Source of the DNA: an uncultured delta proteobacterium
GTDB lineage: Bacteria; Desulfobacterota; WTBG01
Direction: 5' to 3'
NCBI GenBank assembly: GCA_963793865.1
Contig: CAWCBP010000001.1
Location: 463,457 to 527,456 of the forward strand
Length of the DNA: 64,000 nucleotides
Part shown: positions 60,370 through 64,000 of the stretch, in pieces
Numbering within the stretch: the stretch's first letter is position 1
How the letters are laid out: each line of letters opens with the position of its first letter
Program-made: the position numbers and the translations under genes
Notes under the pieces: generated by a model
What the model was told of the DNA's origin: nothing
Databases searched by the model: none
The model's input: only the letters and a program-made list of their open reading frames with translations

Positions 60370-62101
60370 ATGATGCGCAATGAGCATGACTCCTCCGCTG
60401 AAAAGAAAAAAATAATTCCGGCACGGCTGCCGGAGGGAATGTACCAGGCATTGGAAGCATGTCGTTGGCAAGGAGTGGATTTCCCGCGACCGGGCGGTTC
60501 TGGAAACCTACAGCAAGCTCTCGCTCGACGCGGAAGGGTTTTTAAAGAAGCACGCCCGGAACGGCTCAAGCATTCCCGCCTGCGTGGTGCTGCCGGGCGG
60601 CACCGATGAAGTGCGGTCCGTGGTGAGGATCGCCCGGCGATACCGGGTTCCCGTCATACCCTTCACCAACGGCCAGATGATGAGCGCCCCCACCTTTCCC
60701 GTTCCCATGCTCTGCATTCACCTGAGCCGGATGAACCGGGTGCTGGCCATCGATGAGCAGCTCATGACGGCCACGCTTGAACCCTATGCGGACTACGGGC
60801 AGCTTCTGGCCGAGGCTGCAAAAGTGGGGCTCTGGAATGGAGGGACGCCGCTGGCAACCACCCTGTGCAAGCTTTCGTCCCAGGTGGCCTTTGCGGGCAT
60901 CTGGCAGACCAGCAAGAAATACGGCCTGCTGGACAGAAACATCGTGGACATAAAGCTGGTGCTGCCCACGGGTGAAATCATGAGCACCGGTTCCCCCGCG
61001 GTTGCGGGCGTTGACCGCGTATGGGAGAGCGGACCGGGCCCTGACCTCACCGGGGTGGTGCGCGCCAGCGCCGGGACCACCGGCATCATTACCGAGGTGA
61101 CCGTCAAGCTGCACACCTGGGTCGGCGGGGAGCTGATGCCGGAACCGCGGGCGGGAAGGCCCTGCATTCCCTGCTATGCCGATGAGCGCTACGACCATGC
61201 CCCCGCGCCGCCCCGGCACCGCATCCACTGGATAGAGTTTCCCGACTGCGAATCCGAAATCAGGGCATACCGGGCCATCGCCCACGCGGGCATCGGCATC
61301 GGGCTCAATGCCTCGGGGGTGTATTCCTCCTATTACTGCTCCCCAACCCAGAAAATGACCGAGGAGCGGGCGACGGGCAATTTTTTCCCCGCCTTCAACC
61401 TCTATGTCATCTGCGCGGGCATCGTATCAGAGGGCCAGCTGGCCTATGAGGAAAAGGTGCTCAGGGAGATAGCGGAAGAGCAGGGCGGCAGGTTTCTCTC
61501 CCGCGACCATAAGCCGGAGGTGCTGCAGGCGCTCGCCCCGTGGAACCTGGACTGCATCAGGAATGTCTGCGGCTATCGCATGAACCGGCGCATGTACGCG
61601 GGCGGGAGCCTTCCCGCGGGTCCGCCCGAGGTGGCCCTCTATCACAGCCGGCTCTGGCGTGAAGTGCTCGAGCGCTTCGGTGAGACGCACGTCACCGACC
61701 GCGGAGGGGCGGAAACGACCCCCTTTGTGTACGGCATAGAGCCGGCGGGGCGCTACACCCTCTCGGAGACGGATATCTACCCGGATCCGATGGACCCTCA
61801 TTCGCTGGAACAATGCGTCGCCATTACCATGTACAGCGCGGTTAAAAATGGCGCCGAGCGGCACTGCGCGCCCTTCGGCTTCGGCGGTCCGGCTGAACCA
61901 TTGGTCACCTTTTTCCCCGAGCAGGGTCCCAATGTCCATCTCCTGCTGAGAAAATTAAGAAAGGTCTTTGACCCACAGGGCATCTGCAGCCCCGGCAGGC
62001 AGGTGCTTACCGAGGAAGAGCTCAAGGAATATCCGGCGGAGGCGGTTGCCAGACTGAATGAACTGCGGAAGTTTTTTAACATGGGCACGATTGAAAGGTA
62101 A
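60370..62101 (+). CDS. FAD-linked oxidase (FAD-binding PCMH/GlcD-type fold), paralogue 1 of 3; N-terminus carries an apparent frameshift at about 60458
   Basis: The N-terminus MMRNEHDSSAEKKKIIPARLPEGMYQALE continues, after a shift, as DVVGKEWISRDRAVLETYS...CVVLPGGTDEVRSVVRIA. This is colinear with paralogue 3 (KAKVIPNRVSREVFQALQDVVGPEWISEDRAV). The start codon is uncertain (60316 or 60370). Confidence 0.6.
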
Positions 62102-62243
62102 ATCCGAAGCACGAAATCCCTGAGATATGGGATATGCGATTTGTGATATGGGCTGAAAAATATTTTTTAATCCCAAATCACAGATCTCACATCACACATC
62201 AGTATGTAGTTTCGGATTTCGATATTCGGATTTCGGATTTGAG
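62100..62243. repeat. MITE-like intergenic element with terminal inverted repeats (AAATCCGAAGCACGAAATCC ... GGATTTCGGATTTCG...)
   Basis: A 20-nt arm identical (as reverse complement) to 5554-5577. Internal partial palindromes. Lies between two paralogous oxidase genes. Confidence 0.5.
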
Positions 62244-62326
62244 TATCGGGGGTTGCCCAGCCTGCTGTTGAATTACGTGTTACGGGACTCACATGACCAA
62301 GCCTGAAAACTGCCTCCTATTAGTGC

Positions 62327-62355
62327 TTGACTAATGAGGGCTGATTCACTATAGA
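62327..62355 (+). promoter_or_regulatory. Sigma-70-like promoter (TTGACT, 17-nt spacer, TATAGA) for FAD oxidase paralogue 2
   Basis: Consensus-like hexamers with 17-nt spacing, about 35 nt upstream of the ATG at 62389. Confidence 0.4.
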
Positions 62356-62388
62356 TACCCAATCGGAATACATCAAGGAGAACCGTAT

Positions 62389-63861
62389 ATGGCGCTGACA
62401 CGGAAACAGCTGGTGGATATTTTTGGCGATAAGCGGGTTATGGACGATGCCGCAACGCTTGAGGCATATTCCCATGATCAGTCCTTTGCGCCGAAACGCA
62501 TGCCTGATTTTGTGGTGTTCCCCGGGACGGTCGAGGAAGTGCAGCGGGTGGTGAGGCTGGCCAATGAGACCCGGACCCCGCTCATTCCCTACAGCTCGGG
62601 ATTGAATTTTCATGGCGCGGCCCTCCCCGACCACGGCGGGATAATCGTCAACCTTTCGCGCATGAACAGGATCATTCAGATCGATGAAGAGAACTGGTCC
62701 GCGGTAATTGAACCGGGGGTTACCTATGCGCAGCTCCAGGCCGCCCTGATGGAAAAGGGATTCCGGGTGATGATTCCATTCGGCGTGCCCCCCGGGCGTT
62801 CCGTGCTTACCAGCTTCCTGGAACGGGATCCGGTCATGGCGGCGCCCAGCTTTGAATCGGGCAATTTTCTCATCATGGACACCGAGATGGTGCTTCCCGA
62901 CGGCGAGCTGTTTAAAACCGGCACATGGTGCGCGGGGGGCGCTCCGGGAGGACCGCTGGGCCCGGTGAGAAACGTCATCTTCCGCCTCTGGACCGGCGCT
63001 CAGGGCACACTCGGCATCATGACCAAGATGAATGTCAAGATTGAGCCTTTTATCAAGGAACGGAAGATGTATTTCTTAAGCTTCAACGCGCTGGCTGATG
63101 CACGTGAGCCTTTGAAAAGGATACAGCGGAGGGAAATCGGCCTGGAGTGCTTTCTCCTGAACCGGTTTAACCTGGCTTCCCTCGTGAGCCATGAGTGGGC
63201 GGTGCCGGATACATTCCCCGCCGCACCCAAACCTTCCGAGAGCTTTGAACGATACCGGGGCATTCTCCCGGCCTGGGTGCTGGCACTCTGTATTATCGGT
63301 GCGCCCAGACATCCCGAGGAAAAGATTGCCTATGAGACAGAGGCATTACAAGAGGTGTGTCACGGTCTTAATGTCGAAGTTAAAGAAACCATTCCCCAGG
63401 TGAGCGGGTTGAGCCGGCTGATGCTCAACGAGATTCTTTATCCCTGGGGTATTCTCAAGAAATTCAATTACCGGGGATCGGTGCACAGCCTGAGCTTTAA
63501 ATGCTCGCTGGGGTCGCTGGCGGAGATGGAAGAGATTGTGCGGAACGAGTGCGAAGCGGCCGGTTACAGCGTATCTGCTTTCGGCGGTTACCTGCTCCCG
63601 CTGGAACGGGGCAGGGCGGTGCACTGTGAGTTTGACCTCCACTGTGACCTGAAGAATGATCCGGAAGCCCGGAACGTTAAGAACCTCTGGACCGGGACCG
63701 CGCAGACACTGATCAACCACGGGGCATATTTTGACCGTCCTTACGGGCCGTGGGCGGAAATGATCTATGGGCGGGCGGGTGAGTATACCACCAAGCTTCG
63801 GCAGATCAAGCAGGAGCTTGATCCCAACGGCATTCTCAACCCCGGAAAATTGTGCTTCTAA
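62389..63861 (+). CDS. FAD-linked oxidase (FAD-binding PCMH/GlcD-type fold), paralogue 2 of 3
   Basis: VVFPGTVEEVQRVVRLANETRTPLIPYSSGLNFHGAALP...LSRMNRIIQIDEENWSAVIEPGVTYAQL (FAD_binding_4-like). The C-terminal ...LDPNGILNPGKL is typical of this superfamily. Confidence 0.7.
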   Translation: MALTRKQLVDIFGDKRVMDDAATLEAYSHDQSFAPKRMPDFVVFPGTVEEVQRVVRLANETRTPLIPYSSGLNFHGAALPDHGGIIVNLSRMNRIIQIDEENWSAVIEPGVTYAQLQAALMEKGFRVMIPFGVPPGRSVLTSFLERDPVMAAPSFESGNFLIMDTEMVLPDGELFKTGTWCAGGAPGGPLGPVRNVIFRLWTGAQGTLGIMTKMNVKIEPFIKERKMYFLSFNALADAREPLKRIQRREIGLECFLLNRFNLASLVSHEWAVPDTFPAAPKPSESFERYRGILPAWVLALCIIGAPRHPEEKIAYETEALQEVCHGLNVEVKETIPQVSGLSRLMLNEILYPWGILKKFNYRGSVHSLSFKCSLGSLAEMEEIVRNECEAAGYSVSAFGGYLLPLERGRAVHCEFDLHCDLKNDPEARNVKNLWTGTAQTLINHGAYFDRPYGPWAEMIYGRAGEYTTKLRQIKQELDPNGILNPGKLCF

Positions 63862-63891
63862 ATTCTGAAGGCTTGTAAGAAAGGATGATCT

Positions 63892-64000
63892 ATGTCAGAG
63901 CCCAAAGCAAAGGTAATCCCCAACAGGGTTTCACGGGAAGTCTTCCAGGCGCTGCAGGATGTGGTGGGCCCCGAGTGGATTTCGGAAGACCGTGCGGTTA
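63892..64000 (+). CDS. FAD-linked oxidase paralogue 3 of 3, 5' fragment (continues beyond the window)
   Basis: MSEPKAKVIPNRVSREVFQALQDVVGPEWISEDRAV parallels the N-termini of paralogues 1 and 2. RBS AAGGATGA. Confidence 0.55.
   Translation, partial: MSEPKAKVIPNRVSREVFQALQDVVGPEWISEDRAV

Noticed and set aside
62209-62243. Tandem TTTCGGATTTCG units that superficially resemble CRISPR repeats
   Set aside because: Only about 3 irregular short units with no spacers of uniform length and no cas genes. They are the inverted terminal arm of a MITE-like element.

Overview
High-GC (about 60%) chromosomal fragment, probably from a Desulfobacterota (delta-proteobacterium; Geobacter/Syntrophus-like). The assignment rests on sigma-54 activators, c-type cytochromes, PilT, and a cimA gene next to lysC in a pdxJ-nnr-tsaE-lysC-cimA block. 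The first ~48 kb is mostly housekeeping. It carries a dihaem cytochrome c peroxidase 3' fragment, a GAF/HD-GYP protein, suhB-like, nitroreductase, IHF/HU, an S2P protease/transglutaminase/ABC cluster, a secreted serpin next to an NlpC/P60 lipoprotein, pgm, a nucleotide-sugar dehydrogenase, tilS, ftsH, folP, cdaA-cdaR, pdxJ, nnr, tsaE, lysC, cimA, comEA, a ClpX-like AAA+ protein plus a CbpA-type J-protein, pilT, a sigma-54 activator and a sugar epimerase. A tRNA-Met(CAT) sits at 48701-48777. It is followed by a promoter and a ~15 kb cluster dense in redox genes that runs off the window end. Its first + strand transcription unit holds ferredoxins, PorD/PorB-like proteins, a NuoE/NuoF/NuoG-N-like NADH-flavin module and a geranylgeranyl-reductase-fold FAD enzyme. 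After an oppositely oriented outer-membrane barrel come two paralogous ~250-aa proteins with weak ferredoxin-dependent bilin reductase resemblance, an SCP2-like protein, another ferredoxin, a second FAD reductase paralog and three tandem FAD-linked (PCMH/GlcD-fold) oxidase paralogs. I could not match this gene combination to a described pathway, and it is the best candidate for an undescribed system. Major caveat: at least ten apparent single-nucleotide frameshifts interrupt otherwise conserved genes (aminotransferase, pgm, ftsH, folP, epimerase, NuoF-like, FAD reductase x2, FAD oxidase), mostly at homopolymers or GC-rich runs. I read these as uncorrected sequencing indels rather than biology, so every ORF boundary here is provisional. 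No CRISPR array, rRNA, integrase or transposase was found. Several short dispersed repeat/palindrome families (REP- and MITE-like) occur in intergenic regions.
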